A stretch of DNA of 64,000 nt, from assembly GCA_039588295.1 (NCBI GenBank), contig JBDHAB010000019.1, positions 41,834 through 105,833 on the forward strand. Direction: 5' to 3'. The notes under the pieces were generated by a model. The model had not been told where the DNA came from. It searched no databases and was given only the letters and a program-made list of their open reading frames with translations. Position 1 is the first letter of the stretch; every line of letters starts with the position of its first letter. Positions 18,550-29,771 of the stretch are shown here, in pieces. Origin of the DNA: Gemmatimonadota bacterium (lineage in GTDB: Bacteria; Gemmatimonadota; Gemmatimonadetes; Gemmatimonadales; GWC2-71-9). The translations under genes and the position numbers were made by a program.

Positions 18550-18936
18550 ATGAAGAAGCTCTCACCTGTGATCTTCGTCGAAGAGATCGAACCATGTCTA
18601 GGTTTCTGGATCGACCGGCTTGGCTTCGAGCGAACCCTTGAGGTGCCGCACGGAGATCGGCTGGGGTTTGCGGCAATGGTGCGCGACAACGTGGAGGTCA
18701 TGTATCAGAGCCGCGCCAGCATCGCGGAGGACCTGCCGGTTTTGGCCCAGGGTCCGTTCGACCGCTCGGGTTCGGTGTTGTTCATCGAGGTCGGCGACCT
18801 CAATGCGATTCTGCCAAAGCTGGAAGGCGTGGAGGTCGTGGTTCCGGAGCGCACGACGTTCTATGGCGCCCGAGAGATCTTCGTGCGAGCGCCATGCGGC
18901 ACGGTAGTCGGTCTCGCCGAGCTGACTGGCGAGTAA
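18550..18936 (+). CDS. VOC / glyoxalase family protein
   Basis: LSPVIFVEEIEPCLGFWIDRLGF...TTFYGAREIFVRAPCG; possible earlier start at 18463. Confidence 0.85.
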   Translation: MKKLSPVIFVEEIEPCLGFWIDRLGFERTLEVPHGDRLGFAAMVRDNVEVMYQSRASIAEDLPVLAQGPFDRSGSVLFIEVGDLNAILPKLEGVEVVVPERTTFYGAREIFVRAPCGTVVGLAELTGE

Positions 18937-19089
18937 AGCGTTACGGCCGGCGCCTCACTCCCGCGCGAATCGAGGGTCGCGGCGTCGCCATCCAAACCGC
19001 GGGGGTGTGAGATTACGCGCATGTGACCGCATTGAGAGCGGGCGCACGACGGTGGGGCTCGTCGGGCGCCGGGGATGCAGGAGGGAACG

Positions 19090-20703
19090 ATGACGAAGCC
19101 TCAGTACCAAGACCCTTTTCCGCTGGCGCCCGACCACACGGCGTACCGATTGGTGACGCCAGACTACGTGTCGGTTGAAACCTTCGACGGACGGGAAGTG
19201 CTCAAGGTCGAGCCGGCAGGGCTTACGTTGCTGGCGCGCGAAGCGCTTCGTGACGCGTCGTTCCTGCTCCGTGCAGCACACCTGGAGCAAGTCGCTGCGA
19301 TTCTCGACGATCCCGAGGCGAGTGACAATGATCGTGGCGTCGCACTGGCAATGCTGCGCAACGCGGAGGTCGCTGCCGGTTACGTACTCCCCTTCTGCCA
19401 GGATACCGGTACGGCAACGGTCGTCGCCAAGAAAGGTCAGCAGGTGTGGACGGGCGGCGGGGATGCCGCGGCCCTGACAGAGGGGATCTTCGAGACCTAC
19501 GCCACGGAGAACCTGCGGTACTCGCAGACGATACCGCTCACCCTGTACGAAGAGCAGAACTCGGGTTCCAACCTCCCGGCACAAATCGACATCTACGCGA
19601 CGGACGGGATGGAGTACGCTTTCCTCTTCGTCGCCAAGGGTGGAGGATCTGCCAACAAGACCTATCTGTTTCAGGAAACGAAAGCACTGCTCAACCCCGA
19701 GCGGCTCGAGGCGTTTCTCACGGAGAAGATGAAGACGCTGGGGACGGCCGCGTGTCCGCCGTATCACCTGGGGTTCGTCATTGGTGGTACCTCGGCCGAA
19801 GCCTGCCTGAAGACGGTCAAGCTCGCGACGACCGGGTACCTAGACGGCCTGCCGTCGGCAGGGAACGCACACGGGCAGGCGTTCCGTGACCCCACGCTCG
19901 AGGCGGCGCTGCTTGAGGCGGCGTACCGCACGGGGATCGGTGCCCAGTTCGGCGGAAAGTATTTCGCCGTCGACGTCAGGGTGATCCGGCTACCACGGCA
20001 CGGTGCGTCCTGCCCGATCGGCATGGGCGTGTCGTGCTCCGCGCACCGCAATGTGAAGGCCAAGATCAACCGTGAGGGGATTTGGCTGGAAGAACTGGAG
20101 CGCAATCCGGGGCGCTTCATACCGGCGCACTACCGTGATAGGGAAGAGCGGGGTGTCGTGAACATCGACCTGAATCAGCCGATGCCGGAGATCCTCGCCG
20201 CATTGAGCAAGCACCCCATCAAGACGCGGCTGGCACTGACCGGCACGATGGTCGTTGCCCGTGACATCGCACACGCGAAGATCAAGGAGCGACTCGACGC
20301 CGGTGACGGATTGCCACAATACCTGAAGGATCACCCTGTGTACTACGCCGGGCCGTCGAAGACTCCGGACGGCATGGCGTCGGGTTCGTTCGGTCCGACG
20401 ACCGCCGGTCGGATGGACTCCTACGTGGATCCGTTCCAGGCCAACGGTGGCTCGATGATCATGATCGCCAAGGGGAACCGGAGCCGGCAGGTGACCGAGG
20501 CATGCCGGAGGTACGGCGGGTTCTATCTCGGGTCGATTGGCGGACCCGCGGCGGTGCTGGCGCAGGAGCACATCAGAAAAGTCGAGGTGCTCGAGTATCC
20601 CGAGCTCGGTATGGAGGCGGTGTACCGGATCGAGGTCGAGGATTTCCCGGCGTTCATCCTCGTCGACGACAAGGGGAATGACTTCTTTGCCGGGTTGTCC
20701 TAA
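19090..20703 (+). CDS. fumA: Fumarate hydratase class I (Fe-S)
   Basis: [47 protein letters not shown] motifs. Confidence 0.96.
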   Translation: MTKPQYQDPFPLAPDHTAYRLVTPDYVSVETFDGREVLKVEPAGLTLLAREALRDASFLLRAAHLEQVAAILDDPEASDNDRGVALAMLRNAEVAAGYVLPFCQDTGTATVVAKKGQQVWTGGGDAAALTEGIFETYATENLRYSQTIPLTLYEEQNSGSNLPAQIDIYATDGMEYAFLFVAKGGGSANKTYLFQETKALLNPERLEAFLTEKMKTLGTAACPPYHLGFVIGGTSAEACLKTVKLATTGYLDGLPSAGNAHGQAFRDPTLEAALLEAAYRTGIGAQFGGKYFAVDVRVIRLPRHGASCPIGMGVSCSAHRNVKAKINREGIWLEELERNPGRFIPAHYRDREERGVVNIDLNQPMPEILAALSKHPIKTRLALTGTMVVARDIAHAKIKERLDAGDGLPQYLKDHPVYYAGPSKTPDGMASGSFGPTTAGRMDSYVDPFQANGGSMIMIAKGNRSRQVTEACRRYGGFYLGSIGGPAAVLAQEHIRKVEVLEYPELGMEAVYRIEVEDFPAFILVDDKGNDFFAGLS

Positions 20704-20748
20704 CGCGCAAACACGCGGCCACGGTGGAGCGTACCGCCAACCGGGTTC

Positions 20749-21855
20749 CTAGTCGTCCACCATCACGGTGAAGTTGTACGAACGCACGTCGCTGCCCGCC
20801 CTGATCGCGCCACGGATGCGTATCTGGGCGGGGAATCCGGTCAGGCCCTCCACCGACCAACTCCAGCTGGTCAGGACGACCGTGGGTACTCCTCCGCCAA
20901 TCGTCAGACTTCCATCGAGCACCATCGTCAAGCGACCAGCGTCGACGTCGAACTCCCCCCACGTGAAGCCAAACTGTCCGCTCGCGAACAAGCCCGGGAT
21001 CAGATGGCACTGGTCCCACTCGTTGTCGATTCGGGGCGTCACGGCATCGACGTGGCTCACGGAACTGGTGCCACAACCGAGGTCGTGGGTGTGCGGCGGT
21101 CGGCCGATCTCGAGGGTCTCGTCGAACAGAAACGATGCGAGTCCGATTCCCGCGTGGTACGCGAGGCGCTTGAGATCGGCCTCGGAGAGCGCTCCGAGCG
21201 ACCCACCGGGATTGGAGAGCGAGTTGATGTGCAAGCCGGTTGTATCGAACACCTGGGCTGGAAGACTCGGATCGGAGACGGTCACCGACCGGTCACCAAG
21301 GGTCGCGACCAGCGAACGGAGGCCGAGCTCCCCGGTGAGCGGGTTTGGCCCCTCCGGCAGGGGATCGCCGAAGGGCTGCATGTCGATCTGCGCGACCTCG
21401 AACCCCGGGACCAGCACGGTCGTGCCGTCTATCTCGACACGAAGATTGCCCGACCAGGACGCCTGTGGAGCGCAGGGTGGTGACGCGCCGAGAACGCAGA
21501 ATGGGTCCCGGTCCACGGCCGCGGGCCCGACCCACGTCAACTCGCCGTCCCCGTTGACCACGATGGCGTCTCCGACCTCGCACCCACTGAAGGTGACCCG
21601 ACGCCCCGTCGCAGTGTTCGAGTAATCAGCGACCCCGCGTCGCGTACAGGGGAGGAAGTTGTCAAAGAAGCTCCGGCCCTGCGGACCCACGGCTACCGAA
21701 AGCGCGATCACGGCCGCCCGAGCGAGCAGACGATCCTGTTGCGCGTCCGTGAGGGTGTCGAACGACACGACCTCGGTGGGCCCGTCGCCGCACTGGGTCA
21801 GAACGGTGAGGCCGAGCACCAGGCCGGTCGCGGCTGAGAACTTGCTCTTGAACAT
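20749..21855 (-). CDS. Hypothetical beta-rich lipoprotein
   Basis: Signal MFKSKFSAATGLVLGLTVLTQC; beta-rich body with Cys pairs. Confidence 0.65.
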   Translation of the reverse strand: MFKSKFSAATGLVLGLTVLTQCGDGPTEVVSFDTLTDAQQDRLLARAAVIALSVAVGPQGRSFFDNFLPCTRRGVADYSNTATGRRVTFSGCEVGDAIVVNGDGELTWVGPAAVDRDPFCVLGASPPCAPQASWSGNLRVEIDGTTVLVPGFEVAQIDMQPFGDPLPEGPNPLTGELGLRSLVATLGDRSVTVSDPSLPAQVFDTTGLHINSLSNPGGSLGALSEADLKRLAYHAGIGLASFLFDETLEIGRPPHTHDLGCGTSSVSHVDAVTPRIDNEWDQCHLIPGLFASGQFGFTWGEFDVDAGRLTMVLDGSLTIGGGVPTVVLTSWSWSVEGLTGFPAQIRIRGAIRAGSDVRSYNFTVMVDD

Positions 21856-21885
21856 GTGTGCCAGGTCGGCGGTGGCGACTCGTAA

Positions 21886-22206
21886 ATGGTAACACGGCGG
21901 ACGCCCGGCGTGCCGCCGCCGCCGGCTGTGGCGGAGGCCCAATACCTGAGTGGTCTTGTCGCAACAACGAGGGAGACTTCACAGTTTCTTCACGCGCTGG
22001 GTGATACCCTGCGCCAGCGATCGTCAGGAGTCGGGATGCAGGAGCAGCGTTGCGGTGTGCCCGTGCCGCGTAAGTCGAAGGTCATCCGAGACCGGATGCG
22101 CAAGATCGAGATGGAGCTTGGCACGCTCAATCCCGAGGAGGGATATGAGTGGCCGCAGCCGGAGGACCCTGACCCCAAGGCAGACCGCGACGTCGCTGCA
22201 AGTTGA
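21886..22206 (+). CDS. Possible small hypothetical protein (start uncertain)
   Basis: C-terminal half looks protein-like; followed by a canonical + strand terminator. Confidence 0.3.
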   Translation: MVTRRTPGVPPPPAVAEAQYLSGLVATTRETSQFLHALGDTLRQRSSGVGMQEQRCGVPVPRKSKVIRDRMRKIEMELGTLNPEEGYEWPQPEDPDPKADRDVAAS

Positions 22207-22233
22207 CGCTTGTGCAGACGCACCCCGATTCTG

Positions 22234-22256
22234 ACGCCCGGCGAGCCGGGCGTTTT
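22234..22256 (+). terminator. Rho-independent terminator
   Basis: ACGCCCGG-cgag-CCGGGCGT followed by TTT. Confidence 0.7.
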
Positions 22257-22331
22257 CCGTTGTCCGGGATTCTCGGAACCACCGTACGCCTAGTCATCGA
22301 TAGCTGTCGACTCTGTCACCGAGGAGGATCC

Positions 22332-22619
22332 ATGTCACTCAATGTGAAGGCACTGGCGTTCGCCGGTGCCGTGCTGTGGGGGGGAGCGTTCTTGGCGGTC
22401 GGCATCGCCAACCTGTGGTGGCCGACGTATGGGGACGCGTTCCTCGAGATCGGGCGATCGATCTATCCCGGGTACGCGGGGCCTGGTGGCTTCGGGTCCG
22501 TCATCGTGGTCACCCTCTACGCGCTGGTCGACGGGGCGGTGACGGGAGCCATTCTCGCCTGGTTGTACAACCTGATGGCGCGTGGGGCGGTGGCAAAGGG
22601 AGAGCGGTTCGCGGCGTGA
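22332..22619 (+). CDS. Small membrane protein (2 TM helices)
   Basis: GAGGAGG RBS; two hydrophobic helices flanking SIYPGY. Confidence 0.8.
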   Translation: MSLNVKALAFAGAVLWGGAFLAVGIANLWWPTYGDAFLEIGRSIYPGYAGPGGFGSVIVVTLYALVDGAVTGAILAWLYNLMARGAVAKGERFAA

Positions 22620-22756
22620 GCACCGACTAGGGAACCCGGAGGAGTCATCCAGGGTGTAAAAGGGTTATGGTGCATAATTCCGACTCGAATTGTCACGGAT
22701 TGTCCCACCGGTTCTCGGATCGTGAGGGTCGAGTATGGAGCCGATGGGTGGGTTTC

Positions 22757-23815
22757 GTGCACGTGGTGCGAGGGCGGCGGTGGGACGTGGTCGCCGCGGC
22801 CCTGACCCTGGGGGTTGTTGGCTGCGACGATGCGAAGCTCTTGGGACCGCGCTTGTACGTGGCCTCGGGATTCACGGACGAGGTGCTCCAGTTGGATCCC
22901 GACAACGGCGCTGTCGTGACCAGTATTTCGATGGACGTCCGACGAGCTGAGACCGATGAGCCGCACGCCGTGGCGGTCGACCCGAACGGGAGGTACTGGT
23001 ACGCGACGGTGGCACACGGGGAGCCCACGCTGTGGAAGTTCGAGCTGCGTGGGAACCGCCTCGTCGGTCGGGTGCGGTTGGGCATGGCGGGTGCCGGCCG
23101 GATCGGCGTGACGCCCGGTGGCGACCGCGCGTTTGTCCCGGATTATTATCGCTCCGGCGGTGACGTGCGCAGCGAGGTGGCCGTGGTGCGTCTCGCCGAT
23201 CTCGAGGTCATCGATCGGGTGCGGGTGTGTGTCGCGCCCCACGATGCGCAGGTGTCGCCGCTGGGTGACGTGGTGGCAATCACGTGTAGCAAGAGTGATG
23301 AAATCGTGGTACTGGACGTCGCGACGCTCGAGGAGCGCACGAGATTCGCCGTGGGGCCCGATGCCGGTCTGCCCGGGGCACCGCACTACCGGCCGCTCAA
23401 CGCGGTCTGGTCACCCAGTGGCGAGCGGTTGTTCGTGACCTTGCACGATGTGGCAACCGTGCGCGCGTTTGCGCCCGACGGAGAAGTGCTCGGTTCGGTG
23501 ACAGTGGGAGACGGCCCAGCCCAGATCGCGCAGACCGGGGACGGACGAAGGCTGACCGTTGCCAACCGCCGTGACGGGTCGGTTTCGGTGGTTCTGACGG
23601 CAGCGCTGGCAGAAGAGGCACGGATCCCATTGGGCGTTCTCCATCCGCACGGCGTCGCGCTCTCCGGTGACGACAGCGTGGCCTTCGTGACCTATGAAGG
23701 CGATACACGGTCGCCCGGGGGCGTCGTGGCGATGGATCTACGGAGCCGGGCCGTCCTCTGGAGTGCGGAGGCGGGCGCGTACACGCTGGGCGTGGCCTTC
23801 GCCGCCGGACCGTGA
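22757..23815 (+). CDS. YncE/YVTN-type beta-propeller lipoprotein
   Basis: Lipobox VVGC; repeats PHAVAVDP, PHDAQVSP, PAQIAQT, PHGVALS; start uncertain (frame open from 22667). Confidence 0.8.
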   Translation: MHVVRGRRWDVVAAALTLGVVGCDDAKLLGPRLYVASGFTDEVLQLDPDNGAVVTSISMDVRRAETDEPHAVAVDPNGRYWYATVAHGEPTLWKFELRGNRLVGRVRLGMAGAGRIGVTPGGDRAFVPDYYRSGGDVRSEVAVVRLADLEVIDRVRVCVAPHDAQVSPLGDVVAITCSKSDEIVVLDVATLEERTRFAVGPDAGLPGAPHYRPLNAVWSPSGERLFVTLHDVATVRAFAPDGEVLGSVTVGDGPAQIAQTGDGRRLTVANRRDGSVSVVLTAALAEEARIPLGVLHPHGVALSGDDSVAFVTYEGDTRSPGGVVAMDLRSRAVLWSAEAGAYTLGVAFAAGP

Positions 23816-23879
23816 TGCGGGCCGTGGTTACGAGCACGAGGCATGAACTGATGCGCCAATCACCGACGGAGGGTATGGC

Positions 23880-25649
23880 GTGAGCCGTTCGAGTCGTGGT
23901 CTCATCGTCGCGGTCCAGGCGATGGCGGTGGCACTGCTGGGGTCGTGCAGTGATTCGGCTGCACCGACGGGCTCGCCGCGGCTCGTGTTCGAGCCCGCGG
24001 TGGTTGCGCTCGACACCGCGGGCCCCGCGACGGTTGTGATTCGCAACACCGGCGACGCGGCGGCCGGACCGCTCGAGATGGCCGCCAGCCAGCTACGGGA
24101 CACGGCGGGGACCACCCTGGTCGGCCCGAGCGTTGCCGTGTCTCCACGGGACATCGCGACCCTCAATCCCGGAGCAGAGCGAACGGTCACGCTGTCACTC
24201 ACGCTGGCACCGCTGACGCAGCCCGGCCGCTACGTTGCGGACCTGGCGGTGCGATCTCAGGGAAACACGTTGGCATCCTTGGATCTCGATATTCGGGTCG
24301 ACCAAGAGGTGACTGGCGCCCCCGGGCAGTCGGTCGCCGTCATGGGAGGGCCGTCCACCGTGCGCCAGGGCGACGTCGCCCAGTACACGGCAGAGGTCCG
24401 GGACTCGGCCGGAGCGGAGATGAACGGTGCCGTCGTGCACTGGTCGGTGGTTCCGTCGACGGCAGGGGTGTTCTCCGCCGGGGGGCGTTTTGTCGGGTAC
24501 GACGTGCGCGATGTACGGGTCGTAGCGCGATCAGGCGCCGCCGCCGACACGCTGGACGTGACGGTTCAGCCCCGCGCCCTGTCGGGATCGTTCACCACGG
24601 TGGGGCAGGGCTCCGTGCCTGCCCGCTTCTCCGCCGATCTCTGGGTGCACGGCGGGACGCTGTACACGGGGACCTGGGGAGGTCGGACGGTGAATGGTGT
24701 CACCCAGTTCGGCAATGCGCTGTTTGCGTGGGACATCACTAACCCGACCCAACCGGCCATTGTCGACTCGGTGATCGTCGATGCTCGAGTGGTGAACGAT
24801 GTCAAAGTCCGCGCGGATGGCCGGCTCGCGGTGATCACCCACGAGGCCTCCGGCGACGGCAAGAACGGCGTCACGCTGTTGGATCTGTCGGACCCCCACC
24901 ATCCGTCGGTCATCACGCGGTTCACGAACTCTCTGGAGACCGGCGTGCACAACGCCTGGATCGAGGGGGATTACGTGTACCTCGTCGTGGACGGTACCAG
25001 CGCGACGAGCGGTTTGCGCGTTCTCGACATCAGCAACCCGACGCAGCCCACGGTCATGGCCAGCTTTCACGCGGGCTCGAGCTTCCTGCACGATGTGTAT
25101 GTTCGCGACGGACTCGCGCTGCTGTCGCATTGGGACGCGGGGCTCGTGATCGTCGATGTTGGCAACGGCATTGCCGGTGGGTCCCCCACGAACCCCGTCG
25201 AGGTGAGCCGCGTTCTCGTGGCCGGAGGGCAGACCCACAATGCGTGGTACTGGCCTGATGCGGGCTACGTGTTCGTCGGAGAGGAGGACTTCGCCACGCC
25301 CGGCATCATCCACGTCGTGGATGTGCGAGACCTGCGCAGTCCCGTCGAAGTCGCAACCTTCCAGATCGGCGGTGGCACCCCGCACAACTTCTGGCTCGAC
25401 GAGGCCACCGGTATGCTGTACCTCGCGTGGTATGAGAATGGCGTTCGTGCGCTCGATGTAACGGGCGAGCTGATGGGCCAGCTCGAGCGACAGGGCCGGG
25501 AAGTCGCCGCGCTCCAGTACTCGGGGGGCTCGGGGTGCCCGGCTTCCGTGGGTGGTGGTACATGCGCGTGGGCCCCGCAGCTCAAGACTGGCCTGGTGTA
25601 TGTGTCGGACATGAACACCGGCGTCTGGGTGCTCCAGCCACAGTTCTAG
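23880..25649 (+). CDS. Lipoprotein with Ig-like domains and LVIVD-repeat propeller
   Basis: GGAGGG RBS; lipobox LGSC; repeats LFAWDITNP, VTLLDLSDP, LRVLDISNP, LVIVDV, IHVVDVRD. Confidence 0.85.
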   Translation: MSRSSRGLIVAVQAMAVALLGSCSDSAAPTGSPRLVFEPAVVALDTAGPATVVIRNTGDAAAGPLEMAASQLRDTAGTTLVGPSVAVSPRDIATLNPGAERTVTLSLTLAPLTQPGRYVADLAVRSQGNTLASLDLDIRVDQEVTGAPGQSVAVMGGPSTVRQGDVAQYTAEVRDSAGAEMNGAVVHWSVVPSTAGVFSAGGRFVGYDVRDVRVVARSGAAADTLDVTVQPRALSGSFTTVGQGSVPARFSADLWVHGGTLYTGTWGGRTVNGVTQFGNALFAWDITNPTQPAIVDSVIVDARVVNDVKVRADGRLAVITHEASGDGKNGVTLLDLSDPHHPSVITRFTNSLETGVHNAWIEGDYVYLVVDGTSATSGLRVLDISNPTQPTVMASFHAGSSFLHDVYVRDGLALLSHWDAGLVIVDVGNGIAGGSPTNPVEVSRVLVAGGQTHNAWYWPDAGYVFVGEEDFATPGIIHVVDVRDLRSPVEVATFQIGGGTPHNFWLDEATGMLYLAWYENGVRALDVTGELMGQLERQGREVAALQYSGGSGCPASVGGGTCAWAPQLKTGLVYVSDMNTGVWVLQPQF

Positions 25650-25657
25650 GCGGTCCG

Positions 25658-25701
25658 ACGCGCCGTGGCGCACGGAGCGGAACCCGTGCGCCACGGCGCG
25701 T
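25658..25701 (+). terminator. Long GC-rich hairpin (terminator-like)
   Basis: 18-bp perfect inverted repeat ACGCGCCGTGGCGCACGG / CCGTGCGCCACGGCGCGT just after the stop; weak U tail. Confidence 0.55.
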
Positions 25702-25754
25702 TGTGGTGTAGCGTACACGTGGGTGTCACCCCGATCCTCGCCGAGGGTTCGTGC

Positions 25755-26243
25755 ATGCTGGACGCGATCAAGCGCTTCTTCGACAATCATCTCGCTCCGT
25801 CCGACGCGGAGACACACGGCGAGCAGCAGGCCGAGGCCCCGAATGGGGGTGACCAGCGCCTTGCGCTCGCCGCGTGTGCCCTGATGCTCGAGCTGGCGCA
25901 CGCCGACGAGGAATTCTCGGAGGCAGAACGGCTCCACATCGAGGAGGTACTGACCCGACACTTTGACCTTCCCCTCGAGCAGGCCAAGGAGGTGATCGAG
26001 CTCGCGGACCAGGAGCGCCGGCGGGCGGTCGACCTCTATCAGTTCACGTCGTTGATGACTGAGAATTACGACGAGGGACAACGCATGGTGCTTGCCGAGG
26101 TCATGTGGCGACTGGTGTACGCCGATGGCGAGCTGGCGAAGCATGAGGATTACCTGATGCGCAAGCTGTCACACCTGCTCGAGCTGCGGCCCGGGTATCT
26201 GGCGGAAGCACGCCAGCGCGCGCTCGATTCCTCCGTCGAGTAG
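25755..26243 (+). CDS. TerB-family (tellurite-resistance-like) protein
   Basis: LAACALMLELAHADEEFSEAE...LVYADGELAKHED..MRKLSHLL. Confidence 0.85.
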   Translation: MLDAIKRFFDNHLAPSDAETHGEQQAEAPNGGDQRLALAACALMLELAHADEEFSEAERLHIEEVLTRHFDLPLEQAKEVIELADQERRRAVDLYQFTSLMTENYDEGQRMVLAEVMWRLVYADGELAKHEDYLMRKLSHLLELRPGYLAEARQRALDSSVE

Positions 26244-26255
26244 TCGAGCACCGCC

Positions 26256-27620
26256 GTGGATCTCCGTTCCCGGTTAGGTGATCATTTGCTGAAGCAGGAT
26301 CTGTTTCCCACTGCAGGTCGCGCTGTGCTGGCGGTTAGCGGGGGGTCGGACTCTGTTGCCCTGCTCGACCTCCTGGCGGGTCTCGCATCGGAGCTCGAAC
26401 TCGAACTCGTCGTGGGACATGTCGACCATGGGATCGCGTCGGAAAGCGGTGATGTGGCGAAGGTGGTTGCGGCCGCCGCCGCGCGGTATGGGTTGCCGTT
26501 CCACCTCGCCGTGTTGCAGTTGGGGCGGGGCACCTCCGAGACGACGGCTCGCAAGGAGCGGTACCGCGAGTTGCGAGCGATCCAACGCGAGGTCGGAGCG
26601 GCTTACCTGGTGACGGCGCACCACGCCGACGATCAGGTCGAGACCGTGCTGCACCGCCTGCTCAAGGGAACGGGGGTGGCGGGGCTCGCTGGGATCCCGG
26701 CGCGCGGTCCGCGGGGACTCGTACGACCCCTCCTGCCATTCAGCCGCGCTGAACTCGGTGCATGGCTCCGCGACGCCGGCCTCGAGGACACCGCGCACGA
26801 GGATCCGGCCAATCGGGACCTGCGTCATGACCGCTCGTGGATTCGTCAAGAACTGCTGCCGCTGCTCCGGAGCAGATTCGGTCCGGAGGTGGAGCGGCGA
26901 CTGACCAACGTCGGACGGTTCGCACGACAGGATCGGAAGGCATGGAGCAGCGCCCTTCGCGAGCTTGGTGAGCTTGAGTACCGTCGTGGCCTTCGCGGCG
27001 TCGAGGTCGCGAGAGAACCGCTGCGGCGGTACGATAACTCCTTGACCGATGCGATGTTGCGAGCTCTTGCTCGGGAGGTCGGCTGCCTGCTCGGTCCGCA
27101 GCGCGCGCAGCGACTTCGCCGGTTCGTGCAGTCCAGCTCCAGCGGCCGTGTGTTGCAGCTGGGCGGTGGTTGGGAAGCGGAACTCTCGTTCGACCGCCTG
27201 ACCCTCGTGCGCGCCCAGGCGGACGAGGACGCAGACGTCATCGAGTGCGGGGTGCTGCCAGAGGGTCGGGCAACGTGGGGCGCGTGGGTGTTCAGCTGGC
27301 GTATGGAGCCGGCGGGGTGTCCGAGCAGGGTCGCGTATGAAACCTGGGTCACCCCGGGGGCGAGCAGGGTGCGGGGAGCGGCACCCGGTGACCGCATCGC
27401 GCCGCTCGGCGGGGTCGGTCGCCGGAAGGTGCGGAGACTCCTGATGGAATCGCGGGTGCCGTTTCGTCAGCGGACGAAACACCCGGTGCTCGTGAGAGAT
27501 GCCGAGGTGTTGTGGATTCCCGGTGTCTGCCGCTCGAGCGTTGCCGTCCCGCGTGCAGGCGATCCCGCGCTGAAGATCGAGGCGCGCAGCGACTCGCCGC
27601 GTCGCGAGGGAGGCTCGTAG
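26256..27620 (+). CDS. tilS: tRNA(Ile)-lysidine synthetase
   Basis: PP-loop AVSGGSDS, ARKERY, TAHHADDQVET, RPLL, EDPAN. Confidence 0.95.
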   Translation: MDLRSRLGDHLLKQDLFPTAGRAVLAVSGGSDSVALLDLLAGLASELELELVVGHVDHGIASESGDVAKVVAAAAARYGLPFHLAVLQLGRGTSETTARKERYRELRAIQREVGAAYLVTAHHADDQVETVLHRLLKGTGVAGLAGIPARGPRGLVRPLLPFSRAELGAWLRDAGLEDTAHEDPANRDLRHDRSWIRQELLPLLRSRFGPEVERRLTNVGRFARQDRKAWSSALRELGELEYRRGLRGVEVAREPLRRYDNSLTDAMLRALAREVGCLLGPQRAQRLRRFVQSSSSGRVLQLGGGWEAELSFDRLTLVRAQADEDADVIECGVLPEGRATWGAWVFSWRMEPAGCPSRVAYETWVTPGASRVRGAAPGDRIAPLGGVGRRKVRRLLMESRVPFRQRTKHPVLVRDAEVLWIPGVCRSSVAVPRAGDPALKIEARSDSPRREGGS

Positions 27621-27785
27621 GGAACTCCGACCGCGGATTGCGTACTATTATGTGTCGGGCCTCTGGGAGGTCCTGCACGGGGCGGTGGCAGGGTAGCGCC
27701 GGAGCCACCGGGTGGGATCGGGGTGGGCTAGATTGAAGAAGGGGCATACCGGCGGCGAACGCCGCCAGACAGAGACTGGATGTGA

Positions 27786-29771
27786 ATGGCTGACCGAACA
27801 CCGCCGAACAATCGATTCAACTGGGCTGGGCTGAGCCGGAACCTGGTATTCTGGTTGCTCATCATCCTCATTCCGATCGCGTTCTATCAGATGATCGGCT
27901 CGAGTCGCGGATCGGCTGAGGAGATCTCCTATTCGAGTTTCCAGGATTATCTCGATCGAGACAACATCGCTCGAGTCGAGGTCACCAGCGGCAAGTTCGT
28001 CGAGGGGGACTTCAAGCGGCCGATCTCGGTGGACGGGCGCGACGTCGAGCGCTTCCGCGTCGTCCTCCCCATCCAAGACTCGGAGCTGTTCTTGGAGCGG
28101 CTGGAAGAGCAGAGTGTCCCGATCGCCGCGAAAGAGCCGAAGCCGTCGTTCGGTGCCGTGTTCATCCAACTGTTACCGTGGGTGATTCTCATTGGGCTAT
28201 GGGTGTTCTTCTTCCGCCAGGTGCAGCAGGGTGGCAATCGAGCCTTTGCCTTCGGCAAGTCGAAGGCGAAGCTGCTGACCGGTGACACGCCGAAGGTGAC
28301 CTTCCAGGACGTCGCCGGGTGCGATGAGGCGAAGGTCGAGCTCGAGGAGATCATTGAGTTTCTGCGGGATCCCCAGCGGTTTCAGCGTCTCGGCGGGCGC
28401 CTTCCCAAGGGCGTGCTGCTGGTCGGGCCGCCGGGAACCGGTAAGACGCTGCTGGCACGAGCCGTCGCCGGAGAGGCGGCTAGGCCGTTCTTCTCTATGT
28501 CCGGTTCCGACTTCGTGGAGATGTTCGTGGGCGTGGGTGCCTCGCGGGTTCGTGATCTCTTCGAACAGGGAAAGTCGCACGCGCCGTGCCTCATCTTCAT
28601 CGACGAGATCGACGCCGTTGGACGGCACCGCGGTGCTGGTCTCGGAGGTGGCCACGACGAGCGTGAGCAGACGCTGAATCAGCTCTTGGTCGAGATGGAC
28701 GGGTTCGAGTCGAACGAGGGCGTGATCCTGATCGCGGCCACCAACCGGCCCGATGTGCTGGATCCGGCGCTCCTGCGTCCCGGTCGGTTCGATCGACAGA
28801 TCGTGGTCGACATGCCGGACGTGCGCGGCCGCGAGATGATTCTCAAGGTCCACGCCCGCAAGATCCCGCTCGGCGATACCGTACAGCTGGAGGTGATTTC
28901 GCGGGCGACGCCGGGTCTCGCGGGGGCGGATCTGGCGAACATCGTCAATGAGGCGGCTCTGCTCGCCGCCCGTCGCAACAAGCAGAAGGTGGAGATGGTC
29001 GATTTCGAGGATGCCAAGGACAAGCTGATGCTCGGAATCGAACGAAAGAGCCTCGTGTTGTCCGATGAGGAGCGCAAGCTCACTGCCTATCACGAGGCGG
29101 GGCATGCCCTGGTGAGTCTCCGGGTTCCGGGCCTCGACCCGGTCCACAAGGTGACGATCGTGCCGCGCGGGCGCGCGTTGGGCATCACCTTCTCGTTGCC
29201 CGAAGAGGACCGCCACAACTACACCAAGGCCTACATTGTTGGGCGTCTGGCAATGGCCTATGGCGGGAGGGTTGCGGAGGAGATCATCTTCGGGGTTGAC
29301 AAGGTCACGACGGGAGCGGCGCAGGACATCCAGCAGGCGACGGAAATGGCGCGGCGCATGGTGACCCAGTTCGGTATGAGTGATGCAATAGGGCCCGTCG
29401 CCGTCGGTGACCGGGAACAGCAAATCTTCCTCGGCCGTGAGTTCGCGCAGCATCGGGAGATCTCCGACAAGACGGCGGAACTCGTGGATGTCGAGGTGCG
29501 GCGGATTCTCGACAAGGCCTTCCAGCGGGCCCGCGATATCCTGCGGGGAGACCTCAACACGTTGCACCGGATGGCGGAGGCACTGCTGGAGCGGGAGACG
29601 CTCGATCGGCAGGAAGTCGAGCTCATTGCTGAGGGCAAGGAGTTGCCGCAGCGGGCGCCACCGCCGGCGGAGCTGACGCCAGGTGCCGAGTCGGCGGCGT
29701 CGACCGTGTCGAGCGCGCCAGGGAAACGTCCGGTGTTGGGGACTCCCCCAGCCGAGCCGGCTGGCGCGTGA
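27786..29771 (+). CDS. ftsH: ATP-dependent zinc metalloprotease FtsH
   Basis: 2 TM helices; [43 protein letters not shown]. Confidence 0.98.
   Translation: MADRTPPNNRFNWAGLSRNLVFWLLIILIPIAFYQMIGSSRGSAEEISYSSFQDYLDRDNIARVEVTSGKFVEGDFKRPISVDGRDVERFRVVLPIQDSELFLERLEEQSVPIAAKEPKPSFGAVFIQLLPWVILIGLWVFFFRQVQQGGNRAFAFGKSKAKLLTGDTPKVTFQDVAGCDEAKVELEEIIEFLRDPQRFQRLGGRLPKGVLLVGPPGTGKTLLARAVAGEAARPFFSMSGSDFVEMFVGVGASRVRDLFEQGKSHAPCLIFIDEIDAVGRHRGAGLGGGHDEREQTLNQLLVEMDGFESNEGVILIAATNRPDVLDPALLRPGRFDRQIVVDMPDVRGREMILKVHARKIPLGDTVQLEVISRATPGLAGADLANIVNEAALLAARRNKQKVEMVDFEDAKDKLMLGIERKSLVLSDEERKLTAYHEAGHALVSLRVPGLDPVHKVTIVPRGRALGITFSLPEEDRHNYTKAYIVGRLAMAYGGRVAEEIIFGVDKVTTGAAQDIQQATEMARRMVTQFGMSDAIGPVAVGDREQQIFLGREFAQHREISDKTAELVDVEVRRILDKAFQRARDILRGDLNTLHRMAEALLERETLDRQEVELIAEGKELPQRAPPPAELTPGAESAASTVSSAPGKRPVLGTPPAEPAGA

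Noticed and set aside
22332..22619. Phage holin / prophage remnant
   Set aside because: No endolysin or other phage genes nearby; treated as a generic small membrane protein
27621..27785. hpt remnant between tilS and ftsH
   Set aside because: The 165-bp spacer shows no HPRT-like coding trace; a simple absence of hpt here is unremarkable
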